From Candidatus Saccharimonadota bacterium (GTDB lineage Bacteria; Patescibacteriota; Saccharimonadia; Saccharimonadales; Saccharimonadaceae): 64,000 nt of DNA. Below are positions 48,831 through 55,340 of this stretch, piece after piece; the first letter of the stretch is position 1; each line of letters opens with the position of its first letter. The notes beneath the pieces were generated by a model. The model did no database searches, had not been told where the DNA came from, and saw nothing but the letters and a program-made list of their open reading frames with translations. The position numbers were made by a program, and so were the translations under genes. Location: the NCBI GenBank assembly GCA_016432585.1, contig CP066696.1, positions 388,113-452,112 on the forward strand. The letters run 5' to 3'.

Positions 48831-48839
48831 ATTGTATGT

Positions 48840-49271
48840 TTACTTCTTTTTGCTCTCAATGGCAATCTTCTTTGGCTTTGGAAGTGGCGTTAAGGGGATG
48901 GTTACCTTAAGGACGCCGTCATTTAGGTGCGCTGCAATTTCATCGACATTCGCGCGCTCGGGGAGCTGTATGCGCCTGTAAAAGCTACTGCTGGTTTCGC
49001 GCACGACATATTTCTTTTTCTTGTCTTCCTCTTTTTCGTGCTTTTCCGCCTGAATAACAAGCGTGCCGTGATCTACTTCTATATTCACGTCGTCTTGTAC
49101 GAAGTGAGGTAGGTGCGCCTCGACAACCAGCTCGTTGTCATCGTTCGTATAGACATCCGTCGTTGGAATATTCACGCCCTTTAATGGTGTCATCCAATCG
49201 TCGCCAAAAACTTGCTTTTGCAACGCGCTCAGCTCGGCAAATGGATCAAACTTTACAAGATTACTCATCAT
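48840..49271 (-). CDS. Hsp20/alpha-crystallin family small heat-shock protein
   Basis: 143 aa alpha-crystallin domain (ELVVEAHLP...GTLVIQAEK...F.R...LP...V....I.A...DGVL.V..P). Confidence 0.9.
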   Translation of the reverse strand: MMSNLVKFDPFAELSALQKQVFGDDWMTPLKGVNIPTTDVYTNDDNELVVEAHLPHFVQDDVNIEVDHGTLVIQAEKHEKEEDKKKKYVVRETSSSFYRRIQLPERANVDEIAAHLNDGVLKVTIPLTPLPKPKKIAIESKKK

Positions 49272-49331
49272 TAACTCCTTTCGTAGTAATTACTTAATAC
49301 TTTAGGAGAAGCATAATGCTTCTGTACTTTT
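49272..49331 (-). promoter_or_regulatory. hsp20 5' UTR with an anti-SD (CUCCU) / SD (AGGAG) pairing option; candidate RNA thermometer
   Basis: On the mRNA: hairpin AGAAGC-AUUAU-GCUUCU (49307-49323), CUCCU (49304-49308), palindrome AGUAAUUACU (49285-49294), SD AGGAG (49275-49279). Confidence 0.3.
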
Positions 49332-49361
49332 ATGATATAAAAAGATGTTTTTTGTTGTCAA
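49332..49361 (-). promoter_or_regulatory. hsp20 promoter (TTGACA with TATCAT/TATATC)
   Basis: Minus-strand TTGACA at 49356-49361. -10 candidates at 49332-49339. Confidence 0.5.
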
Positions 49362-49559
49362 TGATCTGAATCACGATCGTTGTAAGTATCACAGTTTGTA
49401 AAATCACGAACAGTAACCGATGTGAACAAGGCATTTTATCATAAGCGTCAAATACGATACTATTTTTATTGTACGAGCGTGATTGTGTGCGGTAGCTTGG
49501 TATAATTATATATGTGGGCGCGCCACAAAAGTAGACAGTAAACTAAGAAGGAGAAACTA

Positions 49560-49634
49560 ATGACACAACTTGGATTAGGTCTTACAGTAGCGGTAGCAGT
49601 AACACTCGGCGTAGGCGTTGGCTTAGGTCTGTAA
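49560..49634 (+). CDS. candidate 24-aa hydrophobic Gly/Leu/Val micro-protein (MTQLGLGLTVAVAVTLGVGVGLGL)
   Basis: TGGTATAAT promoter (49498-49506), GGAG SD 7 nt before the ATG, and a strong terminator at 49652-49680. Below the ORF-track length cutoff. Confidence 0.35.
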   Translation: MTQLGLGLTVAVAVTLGVGVGLGL

Positions 49635-49651
49635 ACAAAATCGAACACTAT

Positions 49652-49680
49652 GGCGGCTCCTACCCGGGCCGCCTTTTTTG
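49652..49680 (+). terminator. terminator of the micro-ORF transcription unit
   Basis: GGCGGCTC-CTACCC-GGGCCGCC followed by TTTTTTGTTGTTT. Confidence 0.7.
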
Positions 49681-49726
49681 TTGTTTAAAGGTATAATAAA
49701 AGGAGATAAAGAATAGGCGGACATAC

Positions 49727-50998
49727 ATGAATACGATTACCTGCACGAAATGTGGCGAAACGATTGAAATAGATAAAGCCCTAGAAGGCCAGATAGAAGC
49801 ACGGGTGCTAGCGGCCGAACGCCACAAGCACGACGAAGAGGTAGCGAAAATGCGTGCCGAGCAAGAGGCGACAATTGCCAAAGAGCGTGCCGCGGCTAGC
49901 GAACTGGCAAACAAGCAACTGGCGGGTGAAAAGGAACTACTTCGCAAACAGGCCGAAGCCGATCTAGAGCTAGAAAAGAAAAAGATTATTCAGGATGCCG
50001 AAAACCAGCAGCGCCGTGCCTCGCAGGAACAAGAGGCGTTGATAAAGCGCCTGCAAGACGACGCCGATAGCGCCAAAGAAGATAACAAAAAACTTCGCGA
50101 AGACCTGAGTAAGCTGATGGATGAGCTGCGGGCAAGCCAAAAAGCCCGCGACAACGCCGAACTAGAGGCAAAAAAGAAAATGGCCGAAGAAGAGGCAAAA
50201 ATTCGCGACGAAGTGCAAAAAACAGCTGACGAAAAGCAGCGCCTTAACTTGGCGGCGAAAGAAAAGACTATTACCGATCTTCAAAAAGCACTCGACGATG
50301 CTCAGCGTAAGGCCGCCCAAGGTAGTCAGCAGCTTCAGGGTGAGATATTGGAGCTTGATTTAGAGGAAGCACTGGCGCAGAACTTCCGCGACGACGAAAT
50401 CTCGCCGATAGCTAAAGGCGTCAATGGCGCCGATATCAGCCACACGGTAAAAAGCCAAAGTGGCATAGAATGTGGCGTGATTTTGTGGGAAATAAAGCGC
50501 ACGAAAAACTGGACAGACAGCTGGATTCCTAAATTAAAGGGCGATCTGCGTAGTGCAAAAGCAAATATTCCTGTAATTATTAGCGAGGTGTTGCCTAAGC
50601 AGCTAGAGAGCGACATGGGCTATGTTGACGGCGTGTGGGTAGTAAAGCCAAAGCTGGCTATAATTCTTGCCACGCTGCTTCGTAAGAACCTGCTCGACAT
50701 AAAACGCCAAGAGGTTCGTGCGGCCAACCAAGACGAAAACGCCGCGGCTTTGTATACGTTTGTCACGAGCCACGAGTTTAGCCAGCAGATCGAAAGTATG
50801 GTAGAAACCTACCAAGAGATGACTGCGCAGGTAACGAAAGAGCGTGTCGCGTACGAAAAGCTGTGGGCGCAGCGTGACAAACAGGCACAAAAACTACTAC
50901 TAAGTACTGCAAATATTGTTGGCAGTATGCAGGGTCATATTGGCGCCTCAAGTATGCCAAAAATCAAAGGGCTCGAGCTTGGCGAGGGCGAGCTTTAG
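49727..50998 (+). CDS. DUF2130-like protein: N-terminal CxxC, long coiled coil, C-terminal restriction-endonuclease-like domain
   Basis: ITCTKCGETIEI, then ~190 aa Glu/Lys/Ala coiled coil, then GEILELDLEE...KGVNGADISH...ILWEIKRTKNW. Confidence 0.7.
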   Translation: MNTITCTKCGETIEIDKALEGQIEARVLAAERHKHDEEVAKMRAEQEATIAKERAAASELANKQLAGEKELLRKQAEADLELEKKKIIQDAENQQRRASQEQEALIKRLQDDADSAKEDNKKLREDLSKLMDELRASQKARDNAELEAKKKMAEEEAKIRDEVQKTADEKQRLNLAAKEKTITDLQKALDDAQRKAAQGSQQLQGEILELDLEEALAQNFRDDEISPIAKGVNGADISHTVKSQSGIECGVILWEIKRTKNWTDSWIPKLKGDLRSAKANIPVIISEVLPKQLESDMGYVDGVWVVKPKLAIILATLLRKNLLDIKRQEVRAANQDENAAALYTFVTSHEFSQQIESMVETYQEMTAQVTKERVAYEKLWAQRDKQAQKLLLSTANIVGSMQGHIGASSMPKIKGLELGEGEL

Positions 50999-51103
50999 TA
51001 AAATGTAACATCAGTTCACCTCTGGGCGGCGTAGGTATAGCGTATATTGCATGCGCTTAAAAATCAGCCTATACTAAAACTACAAATTAAGGAGGACAGG
51101 GAC

Positions 51104-51316
51104 GTGAAAGCAATCCATGTAACAGCTCTAGCACTAGTAGTAATTGGGGCGTTAAACTGGGGACTAGTTGGCTTCTTCGACTACAACTTGGTTGATGCGC
51201 TCTTTGGCGAAGGATCGACCCTATCGCGTGTGGTATATGCACTTGTGGGGCTTGCGGCACTCGTTGTTGTAGGCATGAAATTCATGCACTCCAAAGACGA
51301 ACACGCAGCAATGTAG
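51104..51316 (+). CDS. DUF378 (YuzA-like) small membrane protein
   Basis: GTG start 8 nt after GGAGG. LVVIGALNWGLVGFFDYNLV is the DUF378 hallmark. Confidence 0.75.
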   Translation: MKAIHVTALALVVIGALNWGLVGFFDYNLVDALFGEGSTLSRVVYALVGLAALVVVGMKFMHSKDEHAAM

Positions 51317-51326
51317 TATGTTGCGG

Positions 51327-51355
51327 AAAAAGCCGGCATTACAGCCGGCTTTTTT
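51327..51355 (+). terminator. terminator after the DUF378 gene
   Basis: AAAAAGCCGGC-ATTACA-GCCGGCTTTTTT. Confidence 0.75.
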
Positions 51356-51392
51356 GTTATAAAATAAACTGCGTAACAAAGGAGTGTCTGGC

Positions 51393-52055
51393 ATGAAAAA
51401 TTCTCTCAGAAATAATGGCCTTGCGACCGCGATGTTTGCTATTTTTGCCGTATCTATTGTTGGCATGAGTCTGGCGGGATGGAGCTCGGAAAACGAAGAT
51501 CGCGCGGAACATGGCCGAACGTCCCAAGGCTATGTCGAATATATTACCAGTGGCTCGTACATTGAGGCCGTATTTGAAAACTGGGAGAGCGAGTTTTTGC
51601 AAATGTGGGCGCTTGTGATCCTTACGGTCTTCTTATATCAGAAAGGCTCAACCGACTCCAAGCCGCTTCGTGGCAAAGCGTCGCAAGACACGTCATCGCG
51701 GTACTCAATCATTGAGGCAGACTCGTGGCATAAACGCGGAAAAGCTATCGTGCATGGCTTATACGCACATTCGCTGGGAATCGCTCTGTTTGGTATTTTT
51801 ATTGCGTCGTTTGCGCTTCATGCCGTAGGCGGTGCGCAGGCATACAACGAGCTAGCGGTGCTTCATGGAGGTGAAGCAATGAGCGTGTTTGGCTATTTGG
51901 GTACGTCACAGTTTTGGTTTGAGTCGCTTCAAAACTGGCAGAGTGAATTTTTGGCGGTGGGAGCGCTGCTTGTTCTTTCGATTTACCTTCGGGAGCGCGG
52001 CTCGCAGCAATCCAAGCCAGTGGGCCGGCGCTACGATCACAAAACAGGCGAATAA
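51393..52055 (+). CDS. membrane protein with an internal duplication (DUF6766-like)
   Basis: Two repeats of TM-x-ENW(E/Q)SEFL-TM-Y(L)xxxGSxxSKP: FENWESEFLQMWALVILTVFLYQKGSTDSKP and LQNWQSEFLAVGALLVLSIYLRERGSQQSKP. AAAGGAG SD before ATG 51393. Confidence 0.6.
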   Translation: MKNSLRNNGLATAMFAIFAVSIVGMSLAGWSSENEDRAEHGRTSQGYVEYITSGSYIEAVFENWESEFLQMWALVILTVFLYQKGSTDSKPLRGKASQDTSSRYSIIEADSWHKRGKAIVHGLYAHSLGIALFGIFIASFALHAVGGAQAYNELAVLHGGEAMSVFGYLGTSQFWFESLQNWQSEFLAVGALLVLSIYLRERGSQQSKPVGRRYDHKTGE

Positions 52056-52057
52056 AA

Positions 52058-52080
52058 ATACCCCGCTCTACGCGGGGTAT
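52058..52080. terminator. hairpin after the DUF6766-like gene
   Basis: ATACCCCGC-TCTAC-GCGGGGTAT. Confidence 0.55.
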
Positions 52081-52337
52081 TCGGTATGTTAGACGGTCGC
52101 TTTGGTGTCTTTCTTTTTCTTTTTTACTTCTCTGCGTTTGTCTTGGGTTTTGGCCATGGTGTATCCTTTTCGATTTAGATTTACGGTTATTTTTTGAAAA
52201 AGATTCTTACCTTTTCATGTCGGTAATAGCTCCATTACTGTGTACTGTATAGTATAGCAAATCTACCGCAACTTTGCGTGGCCTAAACCATAAGTATTAT
52301 AATAAGTAAGAGGTAAAAGCCTAAATGGAGATATGCA

Positions 52338-53237
52338 ATGAATGATACTGATCAATACAAGATGCAAGACCCCGTAAAGCAATACCCCGTGTTGGATATT
52401 CCCGAGCAGTCGCAGCCCGAGCCGGGGCTCGATGCAAAACTTATTCCGCTCGCCGACCACGGAGTTATGACCTATAGAGGGTCTGACCGGCTAAAAGGTC
52501 GTAGGGCGCTTATAACCGGCGCAGATTCCGGCATAGGCCGAGCTGTGGCAATAGCGTACGCGCGCGAAGGAGCCGATGTTATGCTTAATTACCTTCCGGT
52601 TGAGGAGCAAGATGCGCAGGAGACGGCGCGCTACTGCGAAGAGGCGGGCGTGAAAGTAGCGACCTGCGAAGGCGACATTAGCTCGGAAGAGTTTTGCGAT
52701 ACGCTCATTAAGGCGACGGTAGATGAGCTGGGCGGAATCGATATACTCGTTAACAACGCGGGCAAGCAGGTGTATGTCGAGGACATTGCCGACCTCAGCA
52801 CCGAGCAGCTTCGCAAGACGTTTGAGGTGAATATATTTGCAATGTTTTGGCTAAGTAAGCGCGCGCTACAGCATATGCCAAAGGGTAGCACGATTATAAA
52901 TACGACGTCTATTCAGGCGTATCAGCCGTCGCCAGGACTTTTAGATTACGCCTCTACCAAGGCGGCGATCGTTGCCTTTACGCACGGCCTCGCAAAGCAG
53001 GTGGCGCCAAAAGGTATCCGCGTTAATGCAGTTGCGCCTGGTCCAATATGGACGCCGCTTCAGCCAAGCTACGGCCAGCCGCAAGAAAAACTCACAAAGT
53101 TTGGCCAAAACGTACCGCTAGGGCGACCAGGTCAGCCTGCCGAAGTAGCGCCCGCATTTGTGTTTCTTGCTTCGCAGGAATCAAGCTACACAACGGGCGA
53201 GGTTATCGGTGTGACCGGCGGCAATCACTTGCCATAG
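52338..53237 (+). CDS. SDR-family oxidoreductase (YhdF/YghA general-stress type)
   Basis: [10 protein letters not shown] cofactor motif, NNAG, and catalytic S...YxxxK (YASTKAA). Confidence 0.9.
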   Translation: MNDTDQYKMQDPVKQYPVLDIPEQSQPEPGLDAKLIPLADHGVMTYRGSDRLKGRRALITGADSGIGRAVAIAYAREGADVMLNYLPVEEQDAQETARYCEEAGVKVATCEGDISSEEFCDTLIKATVDELGGIDILVNNAGKQVYVEDIADLSTEQLRKTFEVNIFAMFWLSKRALQHMPKGSTIINTTSIQAYQPSPGLLDYASTKAAIVAFTHGLAKQVAPKGIRVNAVAPGPIWTPLQPSYGQPQEKLTKFGQNVPLGRPGQPAEVAPAFVFLASQESSYTTGEVIGVTGGNHLP

Positions 53238-53242
53238 TTACA

Positions 53243-53274
53243 AAAACACCCCGCCGTAAAAGCGGGGTGTTTTA
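53243..53274. terminator. bidirectional terminator between the SDR and FKBP genes
   Basis: AAAAACACCCCGC-CGTAAAA-GCGGGGTGTTTT. Confidence 0.75.
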
Positions 53275-53286
53275 GCTATCTTAAAG

Positions 53287-53679
53287 TTATCCAACAATCT
53301 TAACAAGTTCGATATCGAATACGAGATCGGAATTTGGCGGAATGTTTGCTGCCGCACGAACTGATCCGTAGGCTTTAGCGGCCGGGATAACAAGCCTGCG
53401 AATGCCGCCAACTTTCATACCGGGAACGCCTTCGCCCCAGCCGGCGATAACTTGGTCAAGTCCAAAAGTGATTGAATCGCCGAAATCGTGCGAGCTTTGA
53501 AAAATCGTTCCATCTTTGCAAAGTGCGCCGGTGTAATGCGCGTTTATTGTGGCGTGTGGCTGTACTTCGTCGCCGTCGCCCTGTTTGATGTCAATGATCT
53601 GCAATTCCGGTACCGACGCAACTGGCGTAAAATCAGCTAGCTTAGTTCCTTCGAGTTTTGATGGGGTGTCGTTGTTCAT
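53287..53679 (-). CDS. FKBP-type peptidyl-prolyl cis-trans isomerase (cytoplasmic)
   Basis: 130 aa. VQPHATINAHYTGAL.DGT.F.SS and GMKVGGIRRLVIPAAKAYG. Confidence 0.9.
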   Translation of the reverse strand: MNNDTPSKLEGTKLADFTPVASVPELQIIDIKQGDGDEVQPHATINAHYTGALCKDGTIFQSSHDFGDSITFGLDQVIAGWGEGVPGMKVGGIRRLVIPAAKAYGSVRAAANIPPNSDLVFDIELVKIVG

Positions 53680-53756
53680 CTTTCTATAGTAACAAACAAC
53701 AGGGCGGTTTTGCGATGATGAAGAGACACGAGTAAAATAGTAATAGGGAGGTATTT

Positions 53757-54101
53757 ATGAATGTAAACGACACAAGAAAAGAAGTGCAACGTCTGCAGAT
53801 TAATGCCGACGATAAGCGCAAACAGGCACAAAAATTGACAGAGAATCTTGCTAGACCCGATGTTCTAAGCGACCTAGATAAGGCCGGGGCTGTTCGCTCC
53901 GAGGCGGATAAGCTGATCGATGAGGCTGAGCGCCTTGCGCGAGATGCGGCAGAGAAGGATCGGCAGGCATTAGAGCTTGAGCGTCGCGCTCAAGACATAG
54001 AGCGGCAGCAGGCCGAGCTCGACAAGCAGCATAAAAGCGAGATGGATAAGCTGGAGCGTGAGAAAAACGCGCTGCGAGGAACGATTGGATCAATCTTTTA
54101 A
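53757..54101 (+). CDS. coiled-coil hypothetical protein (114 aa)
   Basis: GGGAGG SD. Highly charged Glu/Arg/Lys/Ala heptad-like sequence throughout. Confidence 0.5.
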   Translation: MNVNDTRKEVQRLQINADDKRKQAQKLTENLARPDVLSDLDKAGAVRSEADKLIDEAERLARDAAEKDRQALELERRAQDIERQQAELDKQHKSEMDKLEREKNALRGTIGSIF

Positions 54102-54116
54102 ATGTAGGAGGGATAT

Positions 54117-54344
54117 ATGCCATACAAATCTAAAAGCGAGCTGCCCGAAAGCGTGCGAAACGTTTTACCCGACCACGCGCAGGGAATTTACAAAGAGGCA
54201 TTTAACAGTGCCTACGATGAATACGACAAGCCCGAAGAGCGCAGAGGTGATGCTGATCGCGAAGAGGTAGCGCATAAAGTAGCCTGGGCTGCTGTAAAAA
54301 AGAAGTACGAAAAAGGTGCCGACGATAAGTGGCATGAAAAGTAG
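54117..54344 (+). CDS. chaB: ChaB family protein
   Basis: MPYKSKSELPESVRNVLPDHAQGIYKEAFNSAY matches the ChaB N-terminal signature. Confidence 0.8.
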   Translation: MPYKSKSELPESVRNVLPDHAQGIYKEAFNSAYDEYDKPEERRGDADREEVAHKVAWAAVKKKYEKGADDKWHEK

Positions 54345-54933
54345 CCAAGACCCGTTCGCGATACTTAATGATTCGGTAGATGTTGTAGCCCAGCGACTGC
54401 TTGGCTGCGAGCTTGTCCGCGAAATAGACGGCCAGACAGTGCGCGTAAGAATCGTTGAAACCGAAGCGTACGATCAGACCGATGCGGCAAGCCACAGTTA
54501 CAAAGGTAAGACGCCGCGCACCGAGATAATGTTTGGTCCCAGCGGGCATTTGTATGTGTATTTTACCTATGGCATGCACTATTGCTGCAATGTAGTGGTG
54601 GGCGAGGTGGGCTACGGCGCAGCGGTGCTTATTCGGGCGGTAGAGCCAATCGAAGGTGAGGACGCTATGGCGGCGCAGAGACCCTATAAAAATGGCATTG
54701 AGTTAACGAACGGTCCATCGAAATTGTGTCAGGCCCTTGGTATCGACCGTAAAATGAACGGCCATGATCTTCATGAACCTCCGTTTCGGCTTGTTATACA
54801 ACCAAAGCGTCCGCAAGCAGAGATTGTGACGACAAAGCGCGTAGGGATCAGTCAGGCAAAAGAGACGCTATGGCGGTACTATCTACAGGGTAATCCGTAT
54901 GTGTCGGGTAAGCACAGGCACATTGACAAATAA
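54334..54933 (+). CDS. mpg: DNA-3-methyladenine glycosylase (MPG/AAG family)
   Basis: VAQRLLGCELV, IVETEAY, DAASHSYKGKT.R...MFGP.GHLYVY..YGMH.C.NVV. Confidence 0.85.
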   Translation: MKSSQDPFAILNDSVDVVAQRLLGCELVREIDGQTVRVRIVETEAYDQTDAASHSYKGKTPRTEIMFGPSGHLYVYFTYGMHYCCNVVVGEVGYGAAVLIRAVEPIEGEDAMAAQRPYKNGIELTNGPSKLCQALGIDRKMNGHDLHEPPFRLVIQPKRPQAEIVTTKRVGISQAKETLWRYYLQGNPYVSGKHRHIDK

Positions 54934-54950
54934 TAAATAAGGAGTATAAT
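54923..54950 (+). promoter_or_regulatory. perfect sigma70 consensus promoter TTGACA-16 nt-TATAAT
   Basis: TTGACA at 54923-54928 (inside the last codons of mpg) and TATAAT at 54945-54950. 12/12 consensus positions. Confidence 0.7.
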
Positions 54951-54956
54951 AAACAA

Positions 54957-55256
54957 AGGAAGTCCATCCGACTGTCGCCATAACTGGCGCTCTCTAGAGA
55001 TTGAGGTTGAGTAGCTGTGCTGCAGACATTGCTTGCGCTCTACTATCAGCTCACGGGGCAACGTGGGCGCACGCCCGAAGAACCCGAGGTCCCCATGCGG
55101 ATCATCGAAGTTCCTTCGCCGTTCTACCGCCACCCGCCGTCTCTCCAGCTCGTTCCCGACACACGCCCCCAGGGGTAAGTGTCGCGGTGAGCGACGAATG
55201 GGCAACTTGCCGTCACCTGCGCGAATTTGCGTGGGTGACGGCATATTTGCTATTGC
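54957..55256 (+). ncRNA. candidate structured non-coding RNA or nusA leader/attenuator, class not recognised
   Basis: Begins about 7 nt after the consensus -10. 61% GC (147/240 counted). Several local hairpins. Ends in a 14-bp hairpin plus a U-rich tract. No convincing ORF. Confidence 0.35.
55209..55256 (+). terminator. intrinsic terminator-like 14-bp hairpin (GCCGUCACCUGCGC/GCGUGGGUGACGGC, loop GAAUUU) followed by AUAUUUGCUAUU
   Basis: Base pairs checked individually. Two G.U pairs exist only on the + strand transcript. Confidence 0.6.
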
Positions 55257-55340
55257 ATGCCTGCTACGTTGGCTGTATACTATGGACAGTACATTCCGGC
55301 CGGCAGGTCGGATTTTTTCATAGAAGAAAGGAATTCACTT

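Noticed and set aside
49466-49648. 60-aa minus-strand ORF.
   Set aside because: It is antisense to the better-supported micro-ORF unit (promoter, SD, terminator on the plus strand) and has no signals of its own.
52236-52254. TACTGTGTACTGTATAGTA as a LexA/SOS box upstream of the SDR gene.
   Set aside because: It is not a true CTGT-N8-ACAG palindrome or a Cheo box. It is more likely overlapping -10-like TATAGT sequences.
55017-55178. 53-codon GTG ORF as a rimP remnant (IEVPSPFYRHPP versus the RimP LEVSSPGxxRPL motif).
   Set aside because: The similarity is a handful of residues with a register shift downstream. The rest of RimP is not detectable in any frame. High GC argues against a decaying native gene. 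It is kept only as a note inside the main finding.
55209-55242. The 34-nt hairpin as group II intron domain V.
   Set aside because: The length matches, but there is no AGC triad, no 2-nt bulge, no GNRA loop and no GUGYG 5' boundary.
54957-55256. Assigning the GC-rich RNA candidate to RNase P RNA, tmRNA, SRP RNA or 6S RNA.
   Set aside because: - RNase P: only a GGAAGUCC-like string at the extreme 5' end resembles the P4 motif. There is no P1-P3 upstream, no ACAGAA...GGCUUA partner strand and no GGUGAAA/GGUAAGAG core.
- tmRNA: no GGGG 5' end or T-arm/CCA.
- SRP: no GGAAGCAGC domain IV.
- 6S: it has no primary signature to test by eye.
- The class is left unknown rather than forcing a label.
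54955-55320. Long-range pairing of AUCCGAC (54966-72) with GUCGGAU (55307-13) as the closing helix of a ~360-nt RNA.
   Set aside because: The 14-bp terminator and a native-type nusA promoter (55262-81) lie between the two arms, so the 3' arm more likely belongs to the nusA leader.
2496-55340. Longer N-terminal extensions offered by the ORF track: starts 2496, 3697, 5920, 7643, 13923, 25209, 25501, 26900, 34749, 36501, 40991, 41461, 46161, 51047, 51384, 54316, 55257.
   Set aside because: In each case an internal start has a proper SD, a stop/start overlap with the upstream gene, or a leaderless -10 box at 6-10 nt. The extension overlaps the upstream gene or promoter and adds non-homologous residues.
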